This document shows, in pieces, positions 45,491-55,416 of a DNA stretch of 64,000 nucleotides. Source of the stretch: Candidatus Omnitrophota bacterium (lineage in GTDB: Bacteria > Omnitrophota > Gorgyraeia > Zapsychrales > JAHFFX01); assembly GCA_023247725.1 (NCBI GenBank), contig JAHFFW010000012.1, forward strand, positions 1,833 to 65,832, in the 5' to 3' direction. Under the pieces are notes generated by a model, which was not told the DNA's origin, did no database searches, and saw nothing but the letters and a program-made list of their open reading frames with translations. Within the stretch, counting starts at the first letter, position 1; every line of letters starts with the position of its first letter. The position numbers were made by a program, and so were the translations under genes.

Positions 45491-48400
45491 ATGCCCGCGG
45501 AATCCCACAATTCCCTGTTCCAATTCCCCGAAATAAAAGTCGTCGAGGCCTCGGCCGGTTCTGGAAAGACCTTTTCTCTGGCGAAACGCTATCTACAACT
45601 TTTGTTTCATCCCACCTTGCGCGAGAGCGAGATCCCTTGGCGCCAGATCCTCGCCATCACCTTCACCAACCGCGCCGCCCAGGAAATGAAGAAAAGGATC
45701 CTGGACTTTTTAAAAAGAATCGCCCTGCGCCAATTGCCGGAGGATGAGCGCCAGGACATCCTAGTTCCTTTAGGTCAGGACCTGGATTTTTTGACGTCTC
45801 AGGCCGCGTCGCTGATGGACCAGATCATCCGGCATTACCATTTTTTTCAGGTGCAGACAATCGATAGTTTCATCAACGCGATCCTTTCTGGCTGTTCATT
45901 CAAAATTTATCTCTCGGCGAATTTCCGCATCGAAACGCAGGAAGAAGAATACCTTCAGGGTGCCTTGGATCGATTGATCGACCGCGCGCAACAAGAGCCG
46001 GGCGTGCGCGGGTTATTCGAAGAATTTCTTTTCCAATATCTTTTTCACGAAAACCGCACCAGCTGGTTTCCTAAAAAAGAAATGCTGGCGTTATTGAGTT
46101 CGCTTTTTAAGGAAGGCAATTGTTTTGGCAAGGACTTCCAGGATTTTCCGGTGAGCCCCAAAGATCGGGAAGAAATGCGCAAGAACGTCCGCAACATCGT
46201 GACGGACTTGGAATCCCATCTCCCAACGGAGACGGATTCGCGATTCCGCCATGCCTTGGAAATCTTCCGAAAAAAAAACCAGCTCTTTTTCCCCATCGAC
46301 AAACTCTCGGATTTTTTTAACCGCGACGAATTTCCTCTGCGCAAAGGGTATCCGCCTTCGCCCCATCGTCTGCCTTTTTGCCGACAAGCAAATGGGGCTA
46401 CGCCGGATTTTGCCGCAAATTTTTCCAAAACGGATGACCCCGGCGAAGCCAAAGGCAAGAGCACTTTGGCGAAGACGGGGCATTTTCCCGACGCCGCGTT
46501 AGAACAACGCTGGCAGACGCTGCGACGGCAATTGCGGGAACTCTGCGAGGCCGAGGCCTTCGGCCTCTTCAACTGTTACGCGGACGTCTTTCGGCTCGCG
46601 AAGGCCGAGTTGGAAGGACTCGCGCGCCAAGACGACGTTGTGTTTTTAAGCGAACTCAACCGTCAGGCACAAACCCTTTTCGACCGGGAACAATTGAGCG
46701 TGCAGGAATTGTATTACCGTCTGGCGAGCCCTTTTCACCATTTTTTGGTGGACGAATTTCAGGACACCTCGGCCTTGCAATGGCGCAACCTCACCGCCAT
46801 GATTGAAGAAGCGCTCTCGACGGGAGGATCGCTTTTTTACGTGGGAGACAAAAAGCAGGCCATTTATGGTTTCCGCGGAGGGGAGGCGCTTCTATTCGAT
46901 GATATCAAAAAACGGTTCGCGGCCTTTCCAGTTTCGACCCAGATCCTCAGGCAAAATTGGCGCAGTGAGAAAGCCGTCGTGGAATTCAACAATGCGGTTT
47001 TTTCGCGAAGAAACTTAACGCGATTTTTGACCCAACACGCCCGCCGCGAGGATAAACCCAACGCAAGCGCATTAAGTTTTACCGAAGCCGATACCCATGA
47101 GATCCTGGCGGTCTTCCGTGATTCGGCGCAAGTTCATTTGGACTCAAAATCTGGCGGGTTTGTGCACAGCGAACACCTGAGCGCCAAGAATAACGAAGAA
47201 CTCTACTCGCAGGTCTGTGAGAAATTGTTGGCCCTCATCCCGCGGCTGCAAGAACGTTTTCCCTTAAACGAAATCGCGATCCTTGCCCGCGACAATACGG
47301 ATGTGGAATTGATCACTAACTGGCTCTTGCAGGGCAGAATCCTCGTCGATTCGGAACGAACCTCGAATATCCGCGAAAATTTTCTCATCAAGGAGATCGT
47401 GAGTCTCTTGCACTTTCTCGATTCGCCGATTGATAACTTAAATTTCGCCTCATTTCTCATCGGGGACATCTTTCTATCCGCTAGCCAGATTCCGGCACAA
47501 GAACTCCACGCGTTCATCTTTCATTTCCATCAACGAACCAAGGAAATGGAAGACCAATATCTTTATAAGGCCTTTCGCGAAATCTATCCGCAGGTGTGGG
47601 AAGAATTTTTTGAGGAATTTTTCAAAAACGTCGGGATGTATCCGTTGTATGAACTGGTGGTCACCATTTTGCATCGGTTTGATCCTTTGGGGAAATTTCC
47701 ATCGCACCAGGGATTTTTGCTCCGGCTGCTTCAGATCATCAAGGAACGCGAAGAGGAGTCGGCGGATCTGTCGTCGTTCCTCGAATACTTTTCCACCGCC
47801 GCCGCCGAGGATTTTTATGTCCCGAGTTCGCAAATGCAGGCGATCCGGGTCTTGACCATCCACAAGGCCAAGGGATTGGAATTCGGTGTCGTCATCATTC
47901 CTTTTTTGGTCATGGACATCAAGGTCGGAACCCGCGCCGTCCGGGGCCAGCGCTCGTTCGTGGTCGAAAATCTCCCGGACCATCTTCAGCTCGTTCAAGT
48001 CAAAAAACGCTACGCGCAATTTTCTCCGCTCTTGGCAAAGATTTATCAACGGGAATACAAAAAATCATTCTTGGCCGAACTCAATAATCTTTATGTGGCG
48101 CTTACCCGGGCGAAAAAAGAGATGTATTTGTTGATCCCCTCCAAATGCGGGAACAGTCACAACCCGGTGAAGCTTTTGATTCCACAAGCTGTCATGGAAG
48201 AAGGAAAAGAGATCATCTATGAACAGGCCCCGGTGTCCCAAACCGATTCGTTGCTTTTGCCGAGTCCTCGTTACCGGGATTGGATTGAACTTCTGCGCGA
48301 TGAATTTGTCGAGGGCGATACCATCCGCCGGCGCCAGGAAATTCACAACGGCGAGGTCGTGCATTTCATTTTGTCGTTTATCGGGAATCTTCATGACCAA

Positions 48401-48856
48401 GACTTATCCGCCCGTCTGCAGGCCGCCCGCGAAGCCCTGGCGTATCAATTTCCTTTTTTATCCGACGAGAAATGGTTCATGGAGCAGGCCGAATCCCTCG
48501 TTCAACATCCATCCCTGCGGCAGTTTTTTGTCATTGCCGATGGTACAGTTTACCAGGAAAAGGATTTCGTTGACCGATCGGGGCAAACTAAACGAATGGA
48601 CCGTTTGATTGTGAAATCGAAGGAAGTCTGGGTCGTGGATTACAAACAATCAAGGTCCAAGGGTTACTTAACTCAACTGCGGGAATACATGCACATTGTG
48701 TCCGAACTGTACCGCGGTTATCGAGTGAGGGGTTTTTTGATTTTTTTGAACGAAATGACGGCAGAAGAAGTCCAGTTGTCGCCCGACTTTGAATGGAATC
48801 CAGAAGCAGCGGCCAGCGCGGTTTCTTCCCCCCAAGAAAACGGAGAGAGGTTATGA
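45491..48856 (+). CDS. addA: AddA-like ATP-dependent helicase/nuclease (UvrD/PcrA-family helicase with a C-terminal RecB-type nuclease).
   Basis: Motif I EASAGSGKT. ILAITFTNRAAQEMKKRI. C-terminal nuclease motifs VVDYK and QLREY. Carries one in-frame copy of the DDPGEAKGKSTLAK mini-repeat. Confidence 0.7.
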   Translation: MPAESHNSLFQFPEIKVVEASAGSGKTFSLAKRYLQLLFHPTLRESEIPWRQILAITFTNRAAQEMKKRILDFLKRIALRQLPEDERQDILVPLGQDLDFLTSQAASLMDQIIRHYHFFQVQTIDSFINAILSGCSFKIYLSANFRIETQEEEYLQGALDRLIDRAQQEPGVRGLFEEFLFQYLFHENRTSWFPKKEMLALLSSLFKEGNCFGKDFQDFPVSPKDREEMRKNVRNIVTDLESHLPTETDSRFRHALEIFRKKNQLFFPIDKLSDFFNRDEFPLRKGYPPSPHRLPFCRQANGATPDFAANFSKTDDPGEAKGKSTLAKTGHFPDAALEQRWQTLRRQLRELCEAEAFGLFNCYADVFRLAKAELEGLARQDDVVFLSELNRQAQTLFDREQLSVQELYYRLASPFHHFLVDEFQDTSALQWRNLTAMIEEALSTGGSLFYVGDKKQAIYGFRGGEALLFDDIKKRFAAFPVSTQILRQNWRSEKAVVEFNNAVFSRRNLTRFLTQHARREDKPNASALSFTEADTHEILAVFRDSAQVHLDSKSGGFVHSEHLSAKNNEELYSQVCEKLLALIPRLQERFPLNEIAILARDNTDVELITNWLLQGRILVDSERTSNIRENFLIKEIVSLLHFLDSPIDNLNFASFLIGDIFLSASQIPAQELHAFIFHFHQRTKEMEDQYLYKAFREIYPQVWEEFFEEFFKNVGMYPLYELVVTILHRFDPLGKFPSHQGFLLRLLQIIKEREEESADLSSFLEYFSTAAAEDFYVPSSQMQAIRVLTIHKAKGLEFGVVIIPFLVMDIKVGTRAVRGQRSFVVENLPDHLQLVQVKKRYAQFSPLLAKIYQREYKKSFLAELNNLYVALTRAKKEMYLLIPSKCGNSHNPVKLLIPQAVMEEGKEIIYEQAPVSQTDSLLLPSPRYRDWIELLRDEFVEGDTIRRRQEIHNGEVVHFILSFIGNLHDQDLSARLQAAREALAYQFPFLSDEKWFMEQAESLVQHPSLRQFFVIADGTVYQEKDFVDRSGQTKRMDRLIVKSKEVWVVDYKQSRSKGYLTQLREYMHIVSELYRGYRVRGFLIFLNEMTAEEVQLSPDFEWNPEAAASAVSSPQENGERL

Positions 48857-49203
48857 AAAGAAAATGGATAATGATCATGCTGTTTTTCATCATGATCGTC
48901 GGTACACTGGAGGCGGCGGAAAAAACCGTGGCCGAACAAGTCAACCGCGTCACGCCGCTCAATGAGGTGACCGATCATCTGGCCACGCTAGGGCAATCCG
49001 AACGGCAAAAGAGCGCCACGATTTCGCAGCGCAAGGAAGCCCGGCGGGTGGCGCGGTTAAGAAATCTTCTCAAAGCTCGAGAGAAAAAACGCCGCAAGCA
49101 ATTGCAAACGGTCCTCGAAGACGCTAAAAAATTCAACGACAAAGATGACCAAACAACCCCAGTCTCAAAAGGTCTCCAATCTCTACACCCTCACTCAGGT
49201 TGA
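48853..49203 (+). CDS. Hypothetical secreted basic protein.
   Basis: ATGA overlap with the addA stop. Signal peptide. Lys/Arg-rich. Confidence 0.45.
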   Translation: MKRKWIMIMLFFIMIVGTLEAAEKTVAEQVNRVTPLNEVTDHLATLGQSERQKSATISQRKEARRVARLRNLLKAREKKRRKQLQTVLEDAKKFNDKDDQTTPVSKGLQSLHPHSG

Positions 49204-49342
49204 CTTGCAGGACACTGATCCCGCGCTCGAGACGTTTCCGGAAGAACAATGCGTCATGATCAAACAGAGCCCGGATCTGGTGGATCTTTTGGTTTTTGCG
49301 ATCTTTGAATTCAAAAAGAACAACAACATCAAGAAAATCAAG

Positions 49343-50011
49343 ATGTCCTATACCGAGTGGATCGAACAGGTCAAGGAGGGAGGCTACGAATATCTTATTT
49401 ACAATCCGCATCATCGCGAGGTTTTTCGGGTGAGCACGGTCTTTAACGCCATGACCGAATACGCCGTGTATCTGGCCATGAATCACCACAAGGGGCAGAT
49501 CATCCGTTTGAACGGCCGTCCGTATCTCGAGCATCTGTTGGAGGCGGCCAATATATTAAGGAAGGTGCATCTGGATTTTTATTTGAAAGACGAAATCATT
49601 GCTGCGAGTTTGTGCCAGGATCTTTTGGACCAAACGACCTGCAAACCCAATGAGATCGAACAGGCCTGCGGACCCGATGCGCTCAATCTCGTCGAGACGG
49701 TGTCCGATGATTCCGAAGCCCTGCAGGGAGAGGCATGGGAAGAACGCAAACGCCAGCATCTGCAGACCCTCAAGGAAAGCGATGTGGAGGCGATCGTCAT
49801 CACCGTCGCGGAAAGGATTGCCCTCATTCACACCTGGATTGATCAATACAGGCTCGAAGGCCCGGCCGTCTGGCAAAAATTGAATCATGGCAAGGATCGG
49901 GAGTTGTGGTTCAAGAAAGAAATCCTCAAGCTCGCCAAACGGCGCTGGCGCCATCCCTTGGTCTTCGAATTGGAAAAGCTCATCAAGAAGCTGGAACAGA
50001 CCGTGGATTGA
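49343..50011 (+). CDS. RelA/SpoT-type HD-domain protein (small alarmone hydrolase/Mesh1-like). The catalytic HD is replaced by QD, so it is probably divergent or inactive.
   Basis: HHKGQIIRLNGRPYLEHLLEAANIL matches the H..Q.R...PYI.HPL pattern. ASLCQDLLDQT sits in place of LLHDxVEDT. The start could also be upstream at 49145. Confidence 0.5.
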   Translation: MSYTEWIEQVKEGGYEYLIYNPHHREVFRVSTVFNAMTEYAVYLAMNHHKGQIIRLNGRPYLEHLLEAANILRKVHLDFYLKDEIIAASLCQDLLDQTTCKPNEIEQACGPDALNLVETVSDDSEALQGEAWEERKRQHLQTLKESDVEAIVITVAERIALIHTWIDQYRLEGPAVWQKLNHGKDRELWFKKEILKLAKRRWRHPLVFELEKLIKKLEQTVD

Positions 50012-50070
50012 TAAAATCGGGGGGTCGGGGAGTTTTGTGGCCACGGTTTTGAACACGAGCGACGAAATCA

Positions 50071-53000
50071 ATGGGCCAAATCATCACCTACAATTTGCAA
50101 GAAGATTTTATCAGCCGGTTCGTGTCGCATTTGCAGAACCAGCAGACGGCCGGATCGCCCGACTACAGTCGCATGGCGGTTGTCTTTGGCGGCAAACGTC
50201 CGGCGCTCTTCGTGAAAAAAGAGCTGGCTCGTCGGATAAAATCCGCTTTTGTGCCGCCGGCCTTTTTTACGATCGATGAGTTTGTGGATTTTGTTCTTTT
50301 TAAAAAGGAACGCTTCAAACGGCTGCCGGATCTGGAGGCCGGGTATCTTCTGTTTCAGCAAGCGAAGGCCGATTGCCCGCAGATTTTGAAAGGCCGCGAG
50401 ACCTTCGCGGAGTTCCTGCCCTGGGCCCGGGAAATCCTGGCCTTCGTTGAAAATCTGGATTTGGAACATATTCCGAATGAGGCCTTGCGCCGCGTGGAGC
50501 AGAATGCCGCGATTGGCTATGATGTGCCGGCTGACATCAATCTTTTGTTGGAATCGATTAGCCTTTTGCGCGCATCCTTTCATCAGAAAATGGAAGAAGG
50601 AAAAAGCTACAGCCGCGGCTTTGCCTATCTACGCGTAAGCGAACGAGTCAAGGATATTCCCCTCGAGGAATTCGATCAGATCTTTTTTGCCAATCTGTTT
50701 TCTCTGCATCAAACTGAAAGCCAGCTTTTGCGGGTGTTGTTTGATCGCGGGCAGGCGACGATGATTTTTCAAGGCCACGAGGATGATTGGCCCATCCTCA
50801 AAGAAAATGCCAAGACCTTTCATCACCCCATCAAACCCGTCGAGCTTAAAGCCTCGAAGGATTTTCATCCGTCTTCGCCCGAGGCCCCGGGTTCTCCCTC
50901 GGGAGGAAGGCGAAATGAGGTCTCGGGCTACGCCGGATTCCGCCCCGAACAGGTTGGGAAGACGGATGAACCCGGCGAAGCCAAAGGCGAAAGCACTTCG
51001 GCGAAGTCGGATGAACCCGGCGAAGCCAAAGGCGAAAGCATCCGGCTTCGCTCCAAATCTTTCGATGGGGGGCTTCGCCGGATGCCCTGCGAAGCTTCAC
51101 GCGAAAGCAATGAAGCGAAGAAGGGCACTTTGGCGAAGTCGGATGAACCCGGCGAAGCCAAAGGCGAAAGCACTTTGGCGAAGTCGGGTCATACCAAGGT
51201 AACACAGGTTCTGCCCGTCGGGCTCCATCTGGAATTATTTTCCGGCTTTGACACCCATTCTCAGGTGGGTTTGGTGCGCGAGATCGTGAAAAAGCTCCGC
51301 GCCCAAGGCAAGGACCTGAATAAGACCGTAATCGTCGTGCCGCAGGCCGATCATGTGATTCCCTTATTGTCTGAGGTCACGGCCTTGACCGATGACTTCA
51401 ACATTTCCCTCGGGTATCCTTTGAAGCGCAGTTCTTTTTATACCCTCTTGCACTTCATCTTTCGGGCGCAAATCAGCCGCAAGGCCGAGCGTTATTACGC
51501 CAAGGATTATTTGAAAGCCTTGCGTCACCCGTTTGTTAAAAATTTACGCATCAATGCCAGTCCCACCGTCACCCGGATTTTGATTCACAAGATTGAAGAA
51601 ATTCTGACCGGAGCCGTCCAGACCCCCTTGGGAGGACAATTGTTTATCGGGATAAAAGAGTTAAGCGATTTGGAGGAGTTATATGAGAGGGTGGTGGATT
51701 TGACCGACAAGATGGGCATTGCGGTCAAAAAGGCCGCGGTTCGCGGGATCCTGGCTCTTGTCCATGAAAAACTGTTCCTCGCGTGGGAGCCGATTGCGAA
51801 TTTCCGGGATTTTGCTGACGCCTTGCAAGGCTTTTTGGATTTATTGATCGACAAAAGCATCATGGCAGGCTACCCCTTAAATTTGAAAATGGCCCAACAG
51901 CTGCTGGTGTTGGTTGAGGAGATTCGCCAGGTCAGTTTTCACGCCGAGCCTTTTTCAGCGCAGGAGATGTTTAAGATTTTTGCGAACCGCCTCGAGCGCG
52001 GGGTCGTGTCCTTTTTAGGATCGCCCGTAAAGGGAATGCAAATCCTGGGCCTCTTGGAAACCCGTTCCTTGAATTTTGAAAATGTGATTGTGATGGATTT
52101 GAACGAAAAGATTCTGCCCAATCTGCGCGTATATGATCCGCTGATCCCGCGGGAGGTTTCGGTCTCCTTGGGATTAAGCCGGCTTGAGCACGACGAGGAA
52201 ATCCAACGGTATCAGTTGTTTCGACTCCTTTCGGCAGCGCAGAATGCGTATCTGGTTTTTGAAGAATCCAAGGAAAAAGAAAAAAGCCGTTTTGTCGAGG
52301 AGCTTCTCTGGGAACGGCAGAAAAAAACCGGCCGGCTTGATGGCCTGCCCATCGTTAAGGCTGGTGTCGAAGCCAAACTCACGCCGAAGCAAACGGTCAT
52401 TCAAAAAACTCCCGAGGTTTTGGAGTTCTTGGGGAATTTCCGTTATTCGGCCTCGAGCCTCAATACGTATTTGCGCTGTCCGCTGCAATTTTATTTCAGG
52501 CATGTGCTGGGCCTCGAAGAGAAAGAAGACCTTTTGGGAGAACCGGAAAATCGTCAGGTGGGCACCTTCATCCATGAGCTTTTAGAAACCACCTTCCGCA
52601 AATTCATCGGAACCAAACCTGTCTTTAACGCGCAGTTCCGGAAATATTTTGAGGCGGCCTTTGCGGACCGTTTTGAGGAAACCTTTGAACGCTCTATGAA
52701 ATCTGACGCATTTCTCCTTAAGGCCGTCATGCAATACCGGCTCAAGGCCTTTCTGGATAAGGAAGAGGAAGCGGAATATACCCGCTCGGTCGAGGAAGTG
52801 TTGACGATTGAACAGCGGTATGAAGAAGTTCTGCCTTTGACCGTGGGCCCCGTGCGTTTGGTTTACAAGGTGGACCGCGTGGACCGGTTGGCCAACGGAA
52901 CGATCATGCTCGTTGATTACAAGACCGGCAGCGAGGACCCGATGCCGAAAGGCGGCGGGGCCTTTAAAGTGGAACAATTGACCCGCGAGTCGCTCAGAGG

Positions 53001-53280
53001 AACCTTACGATCGTTTCAGATGCCGTTGTATTTCGATTTTTTGAGCCGCCATTATCCCGGCGAGAAATTGAACGCCATGTTTTATAATCTGCGGGATCTG
53101 GAAACCAAACAGTTCCTCGAATTGGAAAATGCGGATATGGTCAAGGACATGAACGCCGAATTCCGCCGGGCGCTGGAATTCATCCTGGGAGAGATTCTGG
53201 ACCCCCAGGTTCCTTTCAAGGCGGATGACCGGGATCAGAACCTTTGCGACGCCTGCCCCTTCTATAACGCGTGTCGTTAG
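50071..53280 (+). CDS. addB: AddB-like PD-(D/E)xK nuclease subunit with a C-terminal Fe-S Cys cluster. Carries three in-frame mini-repeat insertions.
   Basis: LRCPLQFYF...MLVDYKTG...CDACPFYNAC (Cys-x..-Cys3 pattern plus a DYK nuclease motif). No Walker A motif. Confidence 0.6.
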   Translation: MGQIITYNLQEDFISRFVSHLQNQQTAGSPDYSRMAVVFGGKRPALFVKKELARRIKSAFVPPAFFTIDEFVDFVLFKKERFKRLPDLEAGYLLFQQAKADCPQILKGRETFAEFLPWAREILAFVENLDLEHIPNEALRRVEQNAAIGYDVPADINLLLESISLLRASFHQKMEEGKSYSRGFAYLRVSERVKDIPLEEFDQIFFANLFSLHQTESQLLRVLFDRGQATMIFQGHEDDWPILKENAKTFHHPIKPVELKASKDFHPSSPEAPGSPSGGRRNEVSGYAGFRPEQVGKTDEPGEAKGESTSAKSDEPGEAKGESIRLRSKSFDGGLRRMPCEASRESNEAKKGTLAKSDEPGEAKGESTLAKSGHTKVTQVLPVGLHLELFSGFDTHSQVGLVREIVKKLRAQGKDLNKTVIVVPQADHVIPLLSEVTALTDDFNISLGYPLKRSSFYTLLHFIFRAQISRKAERYYAKDYLKALRHPFVKNLRINASPTVTRILIHKIEEILTGAVQTPLGGQLFIGIKELSDLEELYERVVDLTDKMGIAVKKAAVRGILALVHEKLFLAWEPIANFRDFADALQGFLDLLIDKSIMAGYPLNLKMAQQLLVLVEEIRQVSFHAEPFSAQEMFKIFANRLERGVVSFLGSPVKGMQILGLLETRSLNFENVIVMDLNEKILPNLRVYDPLIPREVSVSLGLSRLEHDEEIQRYQLFRLLSAAQNAYLVFEESKEKEKSRFVEELLWERQKKTGRLDGLPIVKAGVEAKLTPKQTVIQKTPEVLEFLGNFRYSASSLNTYLRCPLQFYFRHVLGLEEKEDLLGEPENRQVGTFIHELLETTFRKFIGTKPVFNAQFRKYFEAAFADRFEETFERSMKSDAFLLKAVMQYRLKAFLDKEEEAEYTRSVEEVLTIEQRYEEVLPLTVGPVRLVYKVDRVDRLANGTIMLVDYKTGSEDPMPKGGGAFKVEQLTRESLRGTLRSFQMPLYFDFLSRHYPGEKLNAMFYNLRDLETKQFLELENADMVKDMNAEFRRALEFILGEILDPQVPFKADDRDQNLCDACPFYNACR
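50964..51187 (+). repeat. Three tandem or near-tandem copies of a ~45-nt mini-repeat (GATGAACCCGGCGAAGCCAAAGGCGAAAGCACTTYGGCGAAGTCG) lying in-frame inside addB.
   Basis: Read directly. It encodes SDEPGEAKGESTxAK three times. A fourth copy lies in addA at 46433-46476. Confidence 0.7.
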
Positions 53281-53345
53281 CTCCGCAGCATTTCTTCCAT
53301 GAAATAAGAAATTGACATTTTCATTTTTCATGGTAAATTCTAACC

Positions 53346-54503
53346 ATGATAAAGCGGATCAAGTATATAAAGCAAATTGAAGTGGCGCTCGGGCGGAGTC
53401 GGGCCGTGGCCTTGCTCGGACCTCGTCAGTGCGGTAAAACTACACTGGCGCGGCAACTGGTGGATATTAATTCTCCTAACTATTTGGATCTTGAGGACCC
53501 CGTCAGCCTTAGAAGATTGTCTAACCCTAAGACGGCGCTTGCCTCTTTAAAGGGAATTGTCATTATCGATGAAGTCCAGCGTTGTCCGGATCTTTTTCCA
53601 ATTCTGCGTGTTCTATCGGATCGTCATCCGTTGCCTGCTAAATTTTTAATCTTGGGTAGCGCATCCCCTGAACTTTTAAAACAATCCTCCGAGTCTCTGG
53701 CCGGCCGGTTGGAATTGATTCAGATGGGCGGTTTTAATCTGTCCGAAGTTGGGCAAAAAGAAGCGACGCGTCTTTGGGTGCGAGGCGGGTTTCCATTGGC
53801 ATTTCTGGCCAAGAATGATGCGGATAGTTTTTCATGGAGAAACAGTTTCATTAAAACATTTCTTGAACGAGATCTTCGCCGGCAAGGGATTGACATTCAG
53901 GCGGCGGCATTGCATCGGTTCTGGACTATGCTCGCCCATAGCCATGGACAGATATGGAATGCTGCTCCATTCGCAGCTTCTTTGGGGATAAGCCAGCCGA
54001 CGGTGCGGCGTTATCTGGATATACTGACAGGTTTGTTTATGGTTCGCCAGATCCAGCCTTGGTACGTAAATATCAAGAAACGCCAGGTGAAGGCGCCGAA
54101 GGTTTATATCCGCGACACGGGGGTGCTTCACTCGTTGCTGGGATTAAGGACTGAGTCAGAAATCCTACGACATCCCAGTTGCGGAGTATCGTGGGAAGGG
54201 TATGCGATCGAAGAAGTGATCCACGCGGTCGAACCGGATGATATTTATTATTGGGCCACCCATCAGGGCGCGGAGATCGACCTGGTGTTCTTTAAGGGGG
54301 GGCGAATGTATGGCGTTGAGGTCAAGCGCGCGGATGCTCCGACCATGACGCCGGCGATGCGTATTGCATTGGAAGATCTTAAGCTGAGGCATATTACAGT
54401 TATTTATCCCGGCGAAAAGCGTTACTCACTTCATAAGAAGATTGATGCCGTTCCGTTCGAAACGATTATGGGCGGAGAAAAAAGATTATTGGATAACGAT
54501 TAA
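53346..54503 (+). CDS. AAA-family ATPase with a DUF4143-like C-terminus.
   Basis: Walker A GPRQCGKTT and a DExx-box-like Walker B region IVIIDEVQ. Length and architecture typical of DUF4143 ATPases. Confidence 0.65.
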   Translation: MIKRIKYIKQIEVALGRSRAVALLGPRQCGKTTLARQLVDINSPNYLDLEDPVSLRRLSNPKTALASLKGIVIIDEVQRCPDLFPILRVLSDRHPLPAKFLILGSASPELLKQSSESLAGRLELIQMGGFNLSEVGQKEATRLWVRGGFPLAFLAKNDADSFSWRNSFIKTFLERDLRRQGIDIQAAALHRFWTMLAHSHGQIWNAAPFAASLGISQPTVRRYLDILTGLFMVRQIQPWYVNIKKRQVKAPKVYIRDTGVLHSLLGLRTESEILRHPSCGVSWEGYAIEEVIHAVEPDDIYYWATHQGAEIDLVFFKGGRMYGVEVKRADAPTMTPAMRIALEDLKLRHITVIYPGEKRYSLHKKIDAVPFETIMGGEKRLLDND

Positions 54504-54614
54504 TCTTTATCTGCGCGATTGCGCCCAATCCCATCGCAAGATTGAATGGATCGCTCACGAGAAGATTGGTTCGGCTCGACGGATTTAAAGGTTAAAACAC
54601 TGCCTTTATCCCGC

Positions 54615-55376
54615 CTACGTCCGCCCAAGAAAGTCCAAGACCCCGTTGATGAAGGTCAAGGGATGAAAAGGACAACCCGGGACATACAGGTCCACGCGGT
54701 ATTTTTTTAAGAAATCCCTTTTCAGCGCCGGTGAAGAAGCAAACACCCCGCCGCTGATCGCACAGCTCCCGGCGAGGATAATGATCTTGGGATCGGGAAC
54801 AGCCTCGTAAGCGTCTTGTAGTGGCTGCGCCATATTCTCGGAGATGGGGCCGGTGATGACAATTCCGTCCGCATGCCGGGGCGAGGCAACGATCTCAATG
54901 CCAAAACGCCCCATATCAAAATTCACATTCGAACAGGCATTCAATTCCATATCGCAGGCAGGACAGCCTCCGGCGGAAACAGATCGTAATCGTAATGACC
55001 GGCTCAAAATCCGCAGCAATTCCTTATTCGCCAGCTTGATCCGTTCCCGATAACTCTGCGCCGTGAGGGAGCCATCAATCATCAAATCTTCCCGAGCCGT
55101 TGCCGCTATTTTGTATTCATTGGTAAATCGGATGGCGCCGGTTTTACAAAAGCGTTCGCAATCCCCGCAGAAGATGCACTTGCCCAGATCGATCCGCAGA
55201 GGGCCGGTCAAGATCGCTTGCGTCGGGCATTGACGACGCAAAGCTTCGGGGTCTTCCCGGAGCTCTTCTTCCCGGATCTTCGGCAGGCCGCGAAATTTTT
55301 CGTCGATGGCCGCATGACGGACATCCGAAATCGTTTGATGTCCGAGCTGCCAGCGGATTTGCAAAGGATTCAGCAT
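54615..55376 (-). CDS. Group-4 hydrogenase/complex-I-like small subunit (NuoB/HycG homologue) with an N-terminal 4Fe-4S ferredoxin-like segment.
   Basis: CIFCGDCERFC ferredoxin-type cluster motif. NuoB motifs GGCPACDMEL, SPRHAD, AGSCAISGG and PGCPFHP. Confidence 0.7.
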   Translation of the reverse strand: MLNPLQIRWQLGHQTISDVRHAAIDEKFRGLPKIREEELREDPEALRRQCPTQAILTGPLRIDLGKCIFCGDCERFCKTGAIRFTNEYKIAATAREDLMIDGSLTAQSYRERIKLANKELLRILSRSLRLRSVSAGGCPACDMELNACSNVNFDMGRFGIEIVASPRHADGIVITGPISENMAQPLQDAYEAVPDPKIIILAGSCAISGGVFASSPALKRDFLKKYRVDLYVPGCPFHPLTFINGVLDFLGRT

Positions 55377-55416
55377 CGTTTTTTCTATTCTCCTTCAGCG
55401 GAATTTGGATTTGGAT

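Noticed and set aside
49145-49342. Long N-terminal extension of the HD-domain ORF (start 49145).
   Set aside because: It overlaps the upstream secreted-protein gene by about 58 nt. The HD-domain architecture only needs about 35 aa before the HxxQxxR motif. The ATG at 49343 is preferred but not certain.
50964-51187. Possible CRISPR array, because of the regularly repeated ~45-nt units.
   Set aside because: The units are contiguous or separated by non-unique sequence. They lie in-frame within a long conserved ORF and have no spacer-like unique segments or a leader. They are coding mini-repeats, not CRISPR.
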